DNA of 64,000 bases from Oculina patagonica (taxonomy: Eukaryota). Numbering within the stretch: the stretch's first letter is position 1; each line of letters begins with the position of its first letter. The DNA lies in contig NC_135760.1 in the NCBI RefSeq assembly GCF_052425735.1, positions 14,012,001 through 14,076,000 of the forward strand. The letters run 5' to 3'. A program made the position numbers and the translations under genes. Below the pieces are notes generated by a model, which searched no databases, was not told the DNA's origin, and saw only the letters and a list, made by a program, of their open reading frames with translations. Shown in pieces: positions 48,904 to 60,445 of the stretch.

Positions 48904-51900
48904 TTACATGTCCACAGTGAACACAGGCTCTGCCGAGTTCTTTCTGCTTTCCGTGCTTTTAGCCTTGTCAATCTGCAAATGAAAAAAAAAATACAAAACC
49001 AAATATTAACGAGAACAATCATCAAAAGCTTTAATAAAAAATCTGGACGAGACCTTTTAGAGAGATGACGTGTCACACAAAGGGAATGGGGTTACCAAAA
49101 TACGCCAAGAACTGATGCTTATGTTTGGTCGTATGATCCTGTGGAATTGAATGTGGAAATCGGTAACCACAGTGTGTGGGGTACATGTGAACGAGTTGAG
49201 TGTGGGTTGTCTTTGTATTTCAGAGCGAATTACCTGTGTACCGTAATATGGGATACCTGTACATGTAATCATTGGATGCCCGTGTAGTTAAAAGTGCAAT
49301 GCCGGTGTGTGGTGTGGGTTTCCTGTGAAGTTCAGTGTGAGTTGTCGGTTTAGTTTACTGTGTGCGTGGTGGGGCATGTGTAAGTGTATAAGGTCAAAGT
49401 AAGATTTAAAAAAAACAAACAAAAAAACCTCAAAACGAAGTTTACTCATTTCATTTTTGAGCCGCCCCAGCAAATCGCTATTCTGGAGCATATCAGAGCC
49501 GTTTTCTCGCTCGCTGGTAGATTTACTTTCATCCTTTTTGTACTACAATTAAACAAAAGCAAACACAAAATTAGTTAAGTAATCTGTAAGATTAATGACT
49601 AAGAAGGAGGTCTGGACGAAAGTTGTGAAAATGTTTTGTAGACGTACTGAACTGCGTGTGTAAAATGAACTGTTGACTGAGCCGTACGACAATTTCCGAC
49701 CGTACACAGCTTGCAGTCATGTCAGCAGGGCCGTATGGTGGCATAAAAAATTGACATATAGTGTTCACACTAGTCTGCGTAGCTGGCGGGATTCGCGACC
49801 GAGTGCGAGTGCTTTGTTTACGGCGAACGGCAGACCCGAGCTGCGAAGCCGCGAGGGAATTGGGGAGGAGTCGAGTTGAGATCGCGCCGCTCACGCACGC
49901 GGGCTTCGTCCGCGATTTTTCTCGCGCCACGCTAATCCCGCCAGCTACGCAGGCTATGTTCACACGAGAATCATCACTGATTCAGCAGTAAGGATCTTTC
50001 CTTTAGATTTGACTTACGTCGAGTTTACATTAGGCTACGGAATTCAATTGCCTGGTTATAATGATTACCTTTTTGATGGAGCCCGAAGGTCTGTCACAGT
50101 AGATTCTAATCAGCGCTCCCCACTTTTCAAGATGAGGATGTAGTTTCTACAAAAGAAAAAAAAGAAGCTTAAATATTACAAAGACTGACAAGGGCAGCGT
50201 CTGCTCGTGTAAGATGGGAGATTTAAAATATGAATCATAAATTTAAGTTTCTTCAGTTCAGATTTACACAACACAGTACCTTTAAGATTTGTTGTGAGGC
50301 CAGCTGCTTGCCAAGTCGTTTGTTTTTACATGGACCCTGTAAAATTGAACGCAAATTACATAAATTAAGAGTGCGAGAACCAACCTATATATGTATTGTT
50401 CATACATGTAGCTTTTAACTTTCGCAGCACCAAGAACGAGAAAAACAAGCAAACCACAAACCAGCTTATGAAATTGCTACTGAAACACAGTCTGATACAA
50501 TACAATCATTTTCTATGAACTGTATAATCTTGCAATGCAAGGAATGTGATGAAAACAGTGGTTCTTCTAATGTCTTGTTTTTCTACCCATGAGAATATTG
50601 CCTAAGACTATCAGTGATCAACAAAACAAACTTCTAACCGTTGCTGTGTGTTTGCCGCATGTTATATGAAATGACAGGCTTCTGTCCTGTCCGCAGACGG
50701 TAGTGAACTGGATCGGAGATGAACAAATGCCTTGGTTTCTGCAATGAAGAAATACAGAGTAATAGAGATATGATTAAACGCTCAGAAAAAAGAAGAAGAA
50801 AGAATCAGTTTACTACGTCGACAGGCAAGTGAAACGGTGGTAAAATTGCTAAGTTACTAAAGTTAACGTTGCTCTAGCGTTCAATACGTCAACTTTCCAA
50901 ATTCGCTACGGCTGTTCCCCTTGTAATTTAGCTATAAGATGTATGGTAGTTGCCACCCTCGATAGTTTACTCAGTCTGCCAGAATTTTTCACATAACCGT
51001 CAAACCCGAACTGAAGCAGTCAAAAATACGTCAAAATGTGCACACAGTGTTCGCTTTTCCAGACACGTAAACTGGAAAGGAAAGTTACTTGTTTTCCATC
51101 CCTTCTTGTCCATGCTTTTATTCCAATGTCGTGGCTATCGCACTGAATAGTAGTACATCATGATGCATTTATAGGTTGATTGGGTTGATTAAAAAAACCT
51201 TAACGAAAATCCACTACTCCTATTGGTGCATTTATTCTGGAATTTGGCAATAAACAGCAAGCGACAACAAAGCATCACAGAAGATCTCACCTCTTTAAAC
51301 ACTCCTCGAGGATTTGCGAGGGGTTCGGGAGGGTTGTCTTTGAACAAAACTCAGGAAGACGCGGATCCAATATGTCTACCTTGTCAAAAAACTGAAACCA
51401 TCAACAACAAAACCAATAAATAAACAATAAAAAAGGGTACTAGAACAAAACACACAAATGAGTACAACAAAGGGCAGAGAAGTGAAGTTTCATAGTTGTT
51501 TCGTTTTGTACAACTTCTTTCATTTTTCCTTACTCGGCATGTTTTTAGGCCACATCGCAGTGTAATGTACTTGGTCAAAAACACTCAGGTCGCCGGCTTT
51601 TCTTTGACCACGTTTTCATAAATCCAGTTATACCGTATTTTCTCAAATAAACGCCCCCGGCGTTTATTTCAAACTTGGCGTCATGAACCGGGCGTTTATT
51701 TGAAGCCGGCGTTTAATCGGGGCCCGGCGTTTATTAACGGACTGCAATTTTCAGCCAATTTTTCAGACTGATTTATTGTTACCGATCTTCGAGACCAAGG
51801 GGCAGTTTGTCAAGGCGGGACGATTTTTCTCTTCCTTCAGCCCCAAAAAAGTGTCCCTGGGTATCCAAAGGTGATTATTTCCCAAAGGTGCGCTATTAAG

Positions 51901-54900
51901 GATTGGATAGTTTATGTTGCAATCGAGATTTGTGACAAACAGAATATATTTACTTGTTAGCTTGACCTCAAATAAACGCCGGGACCTCGAACAAACGCCC
52001 CCGGCGTTTGTTTAATCGAGAAAATACGGTATGTTGCCAGTGAATGTCACATGTGAGAGAGGAAAGGCAGGAATTCACTCCAGATGCATAGAAAATGATT
52101 GATTGTAACTCGAGAGGCCTATTCTCGACCTTTCCGGTCATACTTTGGCAATAATTATGACTGGATTTATGAAAACCAGGTCAGTGAAATTTTCACCGTT
52201 GCCGGTTAGCGCAAATCGACGTAAACGCGTTTTTTTTCTCGCCAGAAATCTCCAAAAGTAAAGTTAAAGGCCGGTTTGGTAAAAAAAAAAACATCAAACA
52301 TAGCGGAATGCAGCGCCAAATACAGATATATAACAGGGTTGGAAATTAGCGCTCGCCCACTCGCCCAGGCGAGTGTGAAAACTGTCGGGCGAGTACAAAT
52401 CACGGATCACTCGCCCGGTTTGGCGAGTATGATTTTCATATCCAGTATTACTAATATTAAATTTTTCAAAAAACTTCAAATTAATCCACACAGTGACACT
52501 GTCCACAAGCCTACCAACATTTTGAAATCTCCAACAAAGCTGCATTCGAGTTCGTAAACAGACAAAAATGGCTTCCTTTTAGTGATTGTTACATGATGGA
52601 CGTACCTTTACAAAGTAATACCTCTGGACATAAACACACTAACTCGTCTACCGAGCCGTGAAATGCGGCAAGATTGCTATTTGCCGATTTTCTTGACTCT
52701 TTTTCTGCACAATTTCGACACTTTGCATTTGGGAAGACGTTTCAAATTAAAAACTGCGTTTCAACTTTTGAAGTAAGCGTACTCATGGTTTATTAAGGAG
52801 TAACGTCTATTTTTGGCGATTTTCATTGAAAAAATAGATTGCAGTCTGTATCGCGATTGACCACTAACGGTGGCACAATGAGTATCTAACGTGATTTAAA
52901 ATTTAAGATATATATTTCAACTTTTTGTGGGGGGTGAGGGGCTAAATTTTCCTTTCTTAAATGGAGGAGACTGGGCGAGTGAAAATTGATCTGGGCAAGT
53001 GCAATTTGAAGGTCACTCGCCCAGATGGCGAGTGCTCCGAAATTTTAGTTTCCAACCCTGTTATATAAGAATGAGGAGCTAAAACATTTTTAATACAGTC
53101 GAAGCTCTCGTAAGCGGACACCCACGGGACGCGAAAAAAGTGTCCGCAACTGGAGCTGGCCGCTTACGAGAATGATTCTGGTAAGCGGCCACTAGAGGTG
53201 TAGGGGATAGATGGCCGCTTACGGGAGCTTGCCCAGCTAACAATAACCGGACGGACGTGGATGACGACAAAACAAACACTGAAATATGGTACTGTAATCG
53301 GTACTGTAAAATCATTGTGACGATTGGTGATGTGAAGTTGATTGATAAAAACAAACAGAGGTTGTAAAATAGGATTTTCTTTGGAGGGTCCGCTTACGGG
53401 AGCTTAAAAACAAAGAAAAAAGTCTAAGTCGTAATTTCTGAAGGTGTCCGCGGCCGCTTAGGGGAATGTCCGCTTACGAGAATGTAAAGATACAGAGTTT
53501 GTATGGGAGGTAAAACGGGATTTCAAACAAGGCGGCCGTAAGTAGAGCTGTCCGCTTACGAGAGTGTGCGTTAAGAGAGCTTCGACTGTACCTATTTGTT
53601 ATATTTAAACAAAGAAAATGTAAATTCGATAGAAATTCATGTTGTTATTACATGTAGGTGTTCTATAAACCCGACATAAATTAAAAAGCTAAGTCAATTT
53701 CAGTCTCAACGGTGTTATAAAAAAGGTGCTGATAAAAAGAGTGTATCTCACTTGATTCAACCCAGTCAACAGGTCTGTAACGCCCTGAGAAAAAAGCACC
53801 AGTCAGAATAACTACATAAACATGACAATAAGACGCACATCCTTTGTACACCCTACCTCTAGCTCGGCTTCTGAAATCTGGTAATCACGTATTTTCTTGT
53901 AAACTCCAGGTAACAACACTTCCAGTGTGCATTCAGCAGCAATCTGTCGAGCAAGTTTCTTACTGGAGCCAATTCCTGATCCATATTTGATTTCATCTAT
54001 CTGGACCTCTGCCAAAAACGGAGTATCAGCATTCTCGCATTCACTGGACAGGTACACAGGTTTGGTCTTCAATACTCGCTGGCAGTATTCGTGTAAAATT
54101 GCCACTGGGGTTTTCCCGCCAGCGTTCAGCAAACATTCTTTGCCTTGCTGCTTCTTGTTTTCAGCGCCTTTAACAGCGTACGGCTGGCATTCCAAAGATG
54201 CTGGTAATTCAAGATTGTCAACAGCTTGCGGCTGCGCTATCACAGCGTAGCGTTCTTGGTCTGAGGTAAGAGCTTGAAACTCCCAAATACTTGATAAGTA
54301 AGTGCCCAGTTCTCCAGCATCTATTAACTCTATGCTAGTACTGCTACTGCCATTGCTAGCCGGTTCTTCTGGTTTTGAAGTAGCCTCCTCCCCCGAACTT
54401 TCTTGACCATCACACGACACAGAATCCTCTGCAACTTGTGAATGTTGTGTTACGTTACTTTGGTCTGTCACATCACATCTTTCGGTCATACCGTTACTTT
54501 CTGTCACAGCATCTACTTCCATCACACCATTAAGCACTCTTGCCTCACTCCTAACTGTCACGGCTCTCTTCTCCGTCACGTCATTTTTCTCTGTCACGCC
54601 ATTTGCATCAGTCACGCAATTTGTATCAGTAACGCCATTTGTATCAGTTAGGTTCATGATAACATCCAATCCACTTCGTTCATGCCCCTCTCCAACGGAA
54701 GTGTGCTCTGTAATGACAATCTCATTTGGAGTTGCTTCCTCTGTATTTTTCTCACCCGTATTCAGTGTATTTAAAATTGAGCCTCCATAGTTCACAAGCC
54801 TGGGACTAGAGTTGTTCTCCTCTGAACTTGTACTTTCACTTTTCTCTTTTTCCATGGCTAATCCTCTTCTTTGATGAAGGCATGGAATGGCAGCAAGTGG

Positions 54901-57900
54901 TACATCATGTTTCTGAAAGTTGACAGTATATATTATGCACCAGTGGTCAAAGGAAAAACCCTTAGCATTCTGATTAGATCGTCCATGTATATTACATAAT
55001 ACAGGGCTGCAAATAACAGTCGGTCATCGGACATTACTACTTACTTACTTATTCTCTTCGGGCCCATGAGGACTTTTGAGGCTGGTTTTGGTTTCCGTAA
55101 TCATATATTTTTACAGGGTGCGGGGATTAGCCGCACGCCCAACCCCAAACCTGGAGGACCAGTGACTACCATTTTGTCTGGCCTCTACCCTTTGACCTGC
55201 CCGCCAAGGTTAGACCTGCTGGGGGAAGACCCCCACCGGTATATCTCTCAGGGTCATTGAGGCACGCAAGCTCCCCCACCACAACAAGGCGGTAGTCTAC
55301 GGGCAAGGGTCATCGGACATTGGCCAACCAAAATTTGCTCATGTCCAAAAAAATCCCAAGTGTGATTGGACATGATGTCCGGACAAAATTTTTACATACA
55401 TGTATGTCCTTTCAAGTGAAAAAAATATTTGCAGCCCCGATATTATGAAATAAAAATTAAATGCAGGGGAAACTGTAGACTGTTCACAGTCCCCTATTTT
55501 TCCGTGACGTTGTAGAGATCGATCGTTCAGTCCGACAAGCCGCCATCTTGGTTTACGAACGCGAGCGAAAACTGGGGAGAGTGCAAAAACCCCGTGGGTG
55601 GCTGGGCTGGATGCAACCCGTCACACTCCCCCCCCCCCACCCACGAGTTTTTTTTGCACTCTCCCCATTTTTTGCTCGCGTTCGTAAACCAAGATGGCGG
55701 CCCGTCGGGCTGAACGATCCATTTCTACGACTTCACGGAAAAATAGGGGACTGTGAACAGTCTAGGGAAACTGAAGTTTCCAGTAAAACTTACCATCTAT
55801 CCACATTCTCTACACTTGTGTAGTGTGGGAGATACAGTTGAGAAATTTGAGCTAAACGGCTACAACATGGATTAGGAATGAATTATACCACAAATACTGA
55901 AACACTTGCATATGCGAGCTCACATCTCTTTGAGCCTTGTTCCAAACCCAATGGTACATCAGTACCAGTGACCCAGGACATTATTTACAGGCTAGAACTT
56001 GTATTACACTATGTATCTAACTGTTTTCAAGTTTCAAGTCTGAATATCAGGACAAATATCAGATAAATTATGGGACGCTACAAATTTATTCAGTGTTAGT
56101 GTGTGCCTGAGACCATGACCGCCTGTTTTGCAAGTGTCCAGTAAAAAAGGGTGGACTTGCAAGTTTGAGTGAACCAGTCACACATTGAAACCTTAAGGTG
56201 CAGCTAAAGAAAAGTGAAAAACTTTCAGTGGTTTCCAGCTTTGTCTAAATTGGCAAGATACTGCCCTTTCAGACAATGGCTTTACATGACTTGTTCATTC
56301 AGCTTGAATTAAAGCTACAATTTCTGCTGAACGACTGCAAACAAATTTTGAGTCTTCCAACAGTCTAACAATCTCAAATTTACCAAACCCCCAACGTAAA
56401 TTAGATGTAAACTTTTTGTATAATCTGTATGTGCAGTCAACAACAGTTGTTCAAAGGGTGGACAATGCTATCCACCAGACAAATCATTATCAAGTTGAAA
56501 AAAAAAACATGATTGATAGCATTACCCATCCTTTGAACAATGTCAGCCTGAACTGTTACTTCTCTTTGTATAGCATGGGTCTAATTTTCTTTTCTAGCCT
56601 GCCTCTTAACTTGTTGTGGCAAACAAGCCCTATATATTCCCATTTCACTCCATATTTGCTCCTTGCATGTGACTAAAAATGCTACCCGTAGGTTGTAAAG
56701 ACCTACCAGTGGCAGTTTTAAGGCAAGCGCAAGTTGCAGAAAAGTGAAAAAGGTGGATAGTTGTTGTAAATTATTGGTATTGTCACCATCTATCGTCATA
56801 TTATGACAGTTATCACATGCATTGAACATCTCCCACAGATCTATGCCCGAGATCCAGTGGCTATTAGTCACTTCCTGCAGACTGGATACAAACATAAAAC
56901 CTTTGCCAGAAACTAAGTGAGCCATACAGTGACTGCTTAAAGCCAAGGGACTGTACATGGTTGCCACAGACATCAGTTTTCAAAATTTACTGATTTTTCC
57001 CTGACTCTTCTCTGATAAAAATCAAATTTCTTTGACCAAAAATGCAAAATGTCAGATATAGTTGAAGCCTCCAGCATCCAAATCACAGAGATCACATTGA
57101 CATGAAATATTTCTTCCAACGTTTAATGGTATTACATCAGCAGCAGTATAGTTTCAATTTTCCCTCACTCAAAATACAATTCCATGACTTTTTCCTGACC
57201 TTAAAGAATTTTATATTTCCCTGACCATTTCCTGACCTGTGGCAACCCTGCTGTAGCATGAAAGAATCAAGGGTACTGATACTCTAGCCCCAGGATCAGC
57301 TGCTAGTCCACTGGAAGTTACTTCCTTTAACAGTACTTCCTTGGTGAATACAGAAGCCTCTATTTGCACATGCGAGGGCATGCAGCAGTGCACTGATATT
57401 ATTTTACAGTCTGTGGTATTTGTTTCCCTTTTTTAGCCAGGAGTGAATACCCTGTATTAAGCCAAATGGAATTGTCTCAATGTACTGTGATCATCAGACA
57501 AGTCAGTGAGAAGTTGACTGGATAATTTAGGCTCGACGTCTGTGGTGATGTACCAGCATTTATTAAGGAAGGGTTGGTATTTTTTCAAACCGCCACAATT
57601 TTTGATGGCATTCAAGGAAGCACAATATTCAAGGGTATTTAGTTCTTTACATAAGTGACCCATGGGAAGCAGTGCAGCCAATTCACACAACACACCTATT
57701 AACAAAATTTATAAATGCTTGTCACCTACATGTATGGGTATATGATCAATGCAAAATACAGTTACAGGGTTTTTTATTGAGGATTGAAGCAGGCGGGCAT
57801 CCGTTCAGGGTTTTGCACCCAGTCAAAGTATCAGCGAGGCCCTACCCTCTTCTGTAAACTGAAGTTGGTTCAGATGTTGAAAACAGCCAAGCAAAGTGGT

Positions 57901-59869
57901 GTTCACAGCCAGTCAATTTGCCTGGTGGCTGGCCCTTAATGAAACCCCTGTAGTTATGCACACACTATGTGTAAAATGCTTGTCTTTGCCTTCCAACTAA
58001 AATGTTTTAAAGAAAGAATAAAGTTACCCTGACACTTCCACCTCCAATGTGATAAGGACGAGACCAGGTTACCACTCTTGTTGGTTTGTGGAGATAGATT
58101 ATTCCGCCACTCCGATGATTAAGTGCTATCCAGCCATCTGGTAAAGCCAATTTTGGCAAATTACCCTTCACTAAAGGAAAAAAAAAACAAAGAACAAAAC
58201 GTCTAAAATTCAAAATATGTATGCCATAATATATCTTAGTTAGAATATTGTACTTCAGTTCAATGGACACAGTCAGCACTTTAAAATTAAGCTGGCAGCT
58301 TGCTCCATACAAACTCTGTTAAAATACATGTTGTGGTTCAATTTTATCCTTGGTTCAAATTTTATTTTCCTTTGTTTTGGGGTATGGTAATGTATGATAA
58401 TGAGTTTAAAACAAAGGAAAATAAAAATTGAACCAAGGATAAAATTGAACCATAACATAAACAGTAAATACTCAGAAAAGGTGTCTACTTATTGGAGATG
58501 TAAAATGTAGACTTTATGTTTGACTGAGATCAAAAACTCAAGACAAACAAATAAGATGGTGCAACTTTGTAGCATGCAACTCTTTTAGCCAATTCAAGGG
58601 TGCTCACATCATGCATGTAAAAGGCACACACATCTTTACAGTGTTTGAGGCTTAGACTTTTTTTAGGTTTTTAAAACATGTTATTATAATCCTTCAACAT
58701 TCAAATTAGAGGCTTTGTGAGATGGGGAGGTGAATATCTTTTCTGCAAGCTGAAGACTTTCTTTAGCCTTGCAAAAGAAATCTAGGCTTTGAGACAGCTT
58801 TTGTAAAAAATTCAAGACAGCAAGACCGGTAAAACGTTGACAAAAATTCTGTACGACACATATTCTTTAAACGGGACCAGTCTTGTGCAAGTTATATGTT
58901 CAAATATATACCAAACAATAATAATATTATTGTGCATGTATGCAGGTTTGTTGACTAAGCTTGTGACTATATGCATGGCAAGTAGAGGTCTCCCATTTCT
59001 ACGTAATGTAGGTTTTTCATTAGCAGTGGTACAGTGAACACCCGTTTCCCAATTTTTAAATTAGAGTAAATTTTATTCAGATGTTTAAGACCAAAGATAA
59101 AGAATGGCATGTAAATTTTTAAAAAATATATGCCTCGAAGAGACGGTAGAAGTTCTCTAGTAATAGCCCATTGCAGCTGGTGATCACATGACCATGTCAA
59201 TCAACACAACAGGTGTTAGCATGCTAATGGTTTCCAAAAAAGAAAGAGGAGGTGTAGACATGTATTTAGTACATAAGAGCAGTGGAAATGTTTCACAATA
59301 AAATATTTTCACAATAAAAAGCTGGAAAAAATTTCACAATAAAAAGCTTTTTTGTGTGTATGTTATGGTTCAATTTTTATTTTCCTTTGTTTTCAACTCA
59401 TTATCATACATTACCATACCCAAAAACAAAGGGAAATGAAAATTTCAACCAAGGATAAAATTGAACCACAACATTTATATTCTACACCCATGCAGGGATT
59501 CCCTTAAATTTTGCAATTAAGGCATTTAATATGCTAGTATTTAGAACTGAGAAAAAAATACATACTAATGATTACTCTTCGCTCTGGCTCCGTAGGCTCG
59601 CACATTTCTTTTTCTTCACTGCCGTTCCCTTTCTCCGTGCCTGTATTCTCTATCGGTATCAAAGTATCTTCGTCACTGCTTTGAGTTTCCTCTGTCACTA
59701 GACGTCGTTTTTGGTCGCTTCCCAGCTCTTCGTCCGACTTTCTTTTCAATGGTACTCTTTCTAAATGTAGTGTCGTTGTTTCAAGGGATTCTTCAGTTGT
59801 CGGTGCTGACAAAGGACGAAGATTATCCAAACCCGTGGCGCATAATTGTTCCCGGCCATCATCTTGCAT
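48904..59869 (-). CDS. DGCR8: Microprocessor subunit DGCR8/Pasha, ~673 aa, 9 exons
   Basis: Exons 59566-59869, 58028-58170, 53857-54912, 51291-51391, 50639-50738, 50280-50336, 50069-50146, 49429-49542, 48904-48972 (2022 nt, phases consistent). WW/Rhed LPDGWIALNHRSGGIIYLHKPTRVVTWSRPY...KHDVPLAAIPCLH; dsRBD1 KTPVAILHEYCQ...GSSKKLARQIAA; dsRBD2 [42 protein letters not shown]; tail LLGRLKNEMSKL...EPVFTVDM*. Confidence 0.95.
49771..49956. mobile_element. MITE with 9-bp TSD
   Basis: TIR TAG(T/C)CTGCGTAGCTGGCGGGATT with TSD TGTTCACAC. Confidence 0.85.
51633..52029. mobile_element. Tc1/mariner-like MITE
   Basis: TA|CCGTATTTTCTC ... GAGAAAATACGG|TA. Confidence 0.8.
52334..53060. mobile_element. hAT-like non-autonomous element
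   Basis: CAGGGTTGGAAA ... TTTCCAACCCTG with near-perfect 8-bp TSD ATATATAA/TTATATAA. Confidence 0.8.
53096..53588. mobile_element. Tc1/mariner-like MITE
   Basis: TA|CAGTCGAAGCTCTC ... GAGAGCTTCGACTG|TA with internal CCGCTTACG repeats. Confidence 0.85.
55036..55307 (-). mobile_element. RTE-derived short retroposon nested in a hAT-like element (~55002-55439)
   Basis: 14-bp TSD GGTCATCGGACATT, (GTAA)n tail on the minus strand, RTE-like 5' UTR. Confidence 0.75.
55476..55764. mobile_element. MITE with 9-bp TSD
   Basis: TIR TAGACTGTTCACAGTCCCCTATTTTT with TSD GGGAAACTG. Confidence 0.88.
58329..58459. repeat. Palindromic MITE-like repeat (second copy at ~59361-59473)
   Basis: TGGTTCAATTTTATCCTTGGTTCAA ... 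TTGAACCAAGGATAAAATTGAACCA. Confidence 0.7.
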
Positions 59870-60445
59870 TTTCGAGATAAGCTTAAAAATTCTTTGGCCT
59901 TTATCGGAAACCCTTTTTCGGTCGATAACTTTTGGTGCTATATAGACAATAATTTTATTTTATATTAAAAAGTTGAAAGCATCGTCTGTTTAACTGTCAA
60001 CTGCCGATGACGCGAAAATAACTGACCAATTCAAACTGAATTTCGTTTGTATGTAAAACGTGCATTCTGCGCGTCACGGCTGACAACAGAGCACGCGATT
60101 TAAATGTGTGATCGTTTCTTTACGAAAACCGTAACTCAAACTAAAATCAGCTTCGAAGCTTAGAGAAAGGCCCATAAAAGAGCATTGCTTTCAAAACAAA
60201 ATAAACAAAAAGTAAAGAAAGGAAAAAATGTCAAAATTCAGAATCCCACCTGCACCCACCCTACCATGGCCGCCATTTTGGTTGCGCCAGTAATTAAAAA
60301 TGTTTTAGTCAGCGGTGTATAAAAATAATTTCCAATCCCCCTCGGTGTTTAGTAAGTAACGCCTGTGAGAAAATAACCTTTGAGAAGTCAGTAGCACTTG
60401 CGGTTGTACATGTAGCTACGTACATGTGAAAAACATGCAAAAATT
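59870..60445. promoter_or_regulatory. Putative bidirectional promoter between DGCR8 and GNB1L
   Basis: 576 bp between divergent start codons, with a perfect YY1-type motif GCCGCCATTTTG at 60269-60280. Confidence 0.6.

Noticed and set aside
49150-49985. Possible C/D snoRNAs in DGCR8 introns
   Set aside because: Only isolated box-like words; no terminal stem or recognisable guide.
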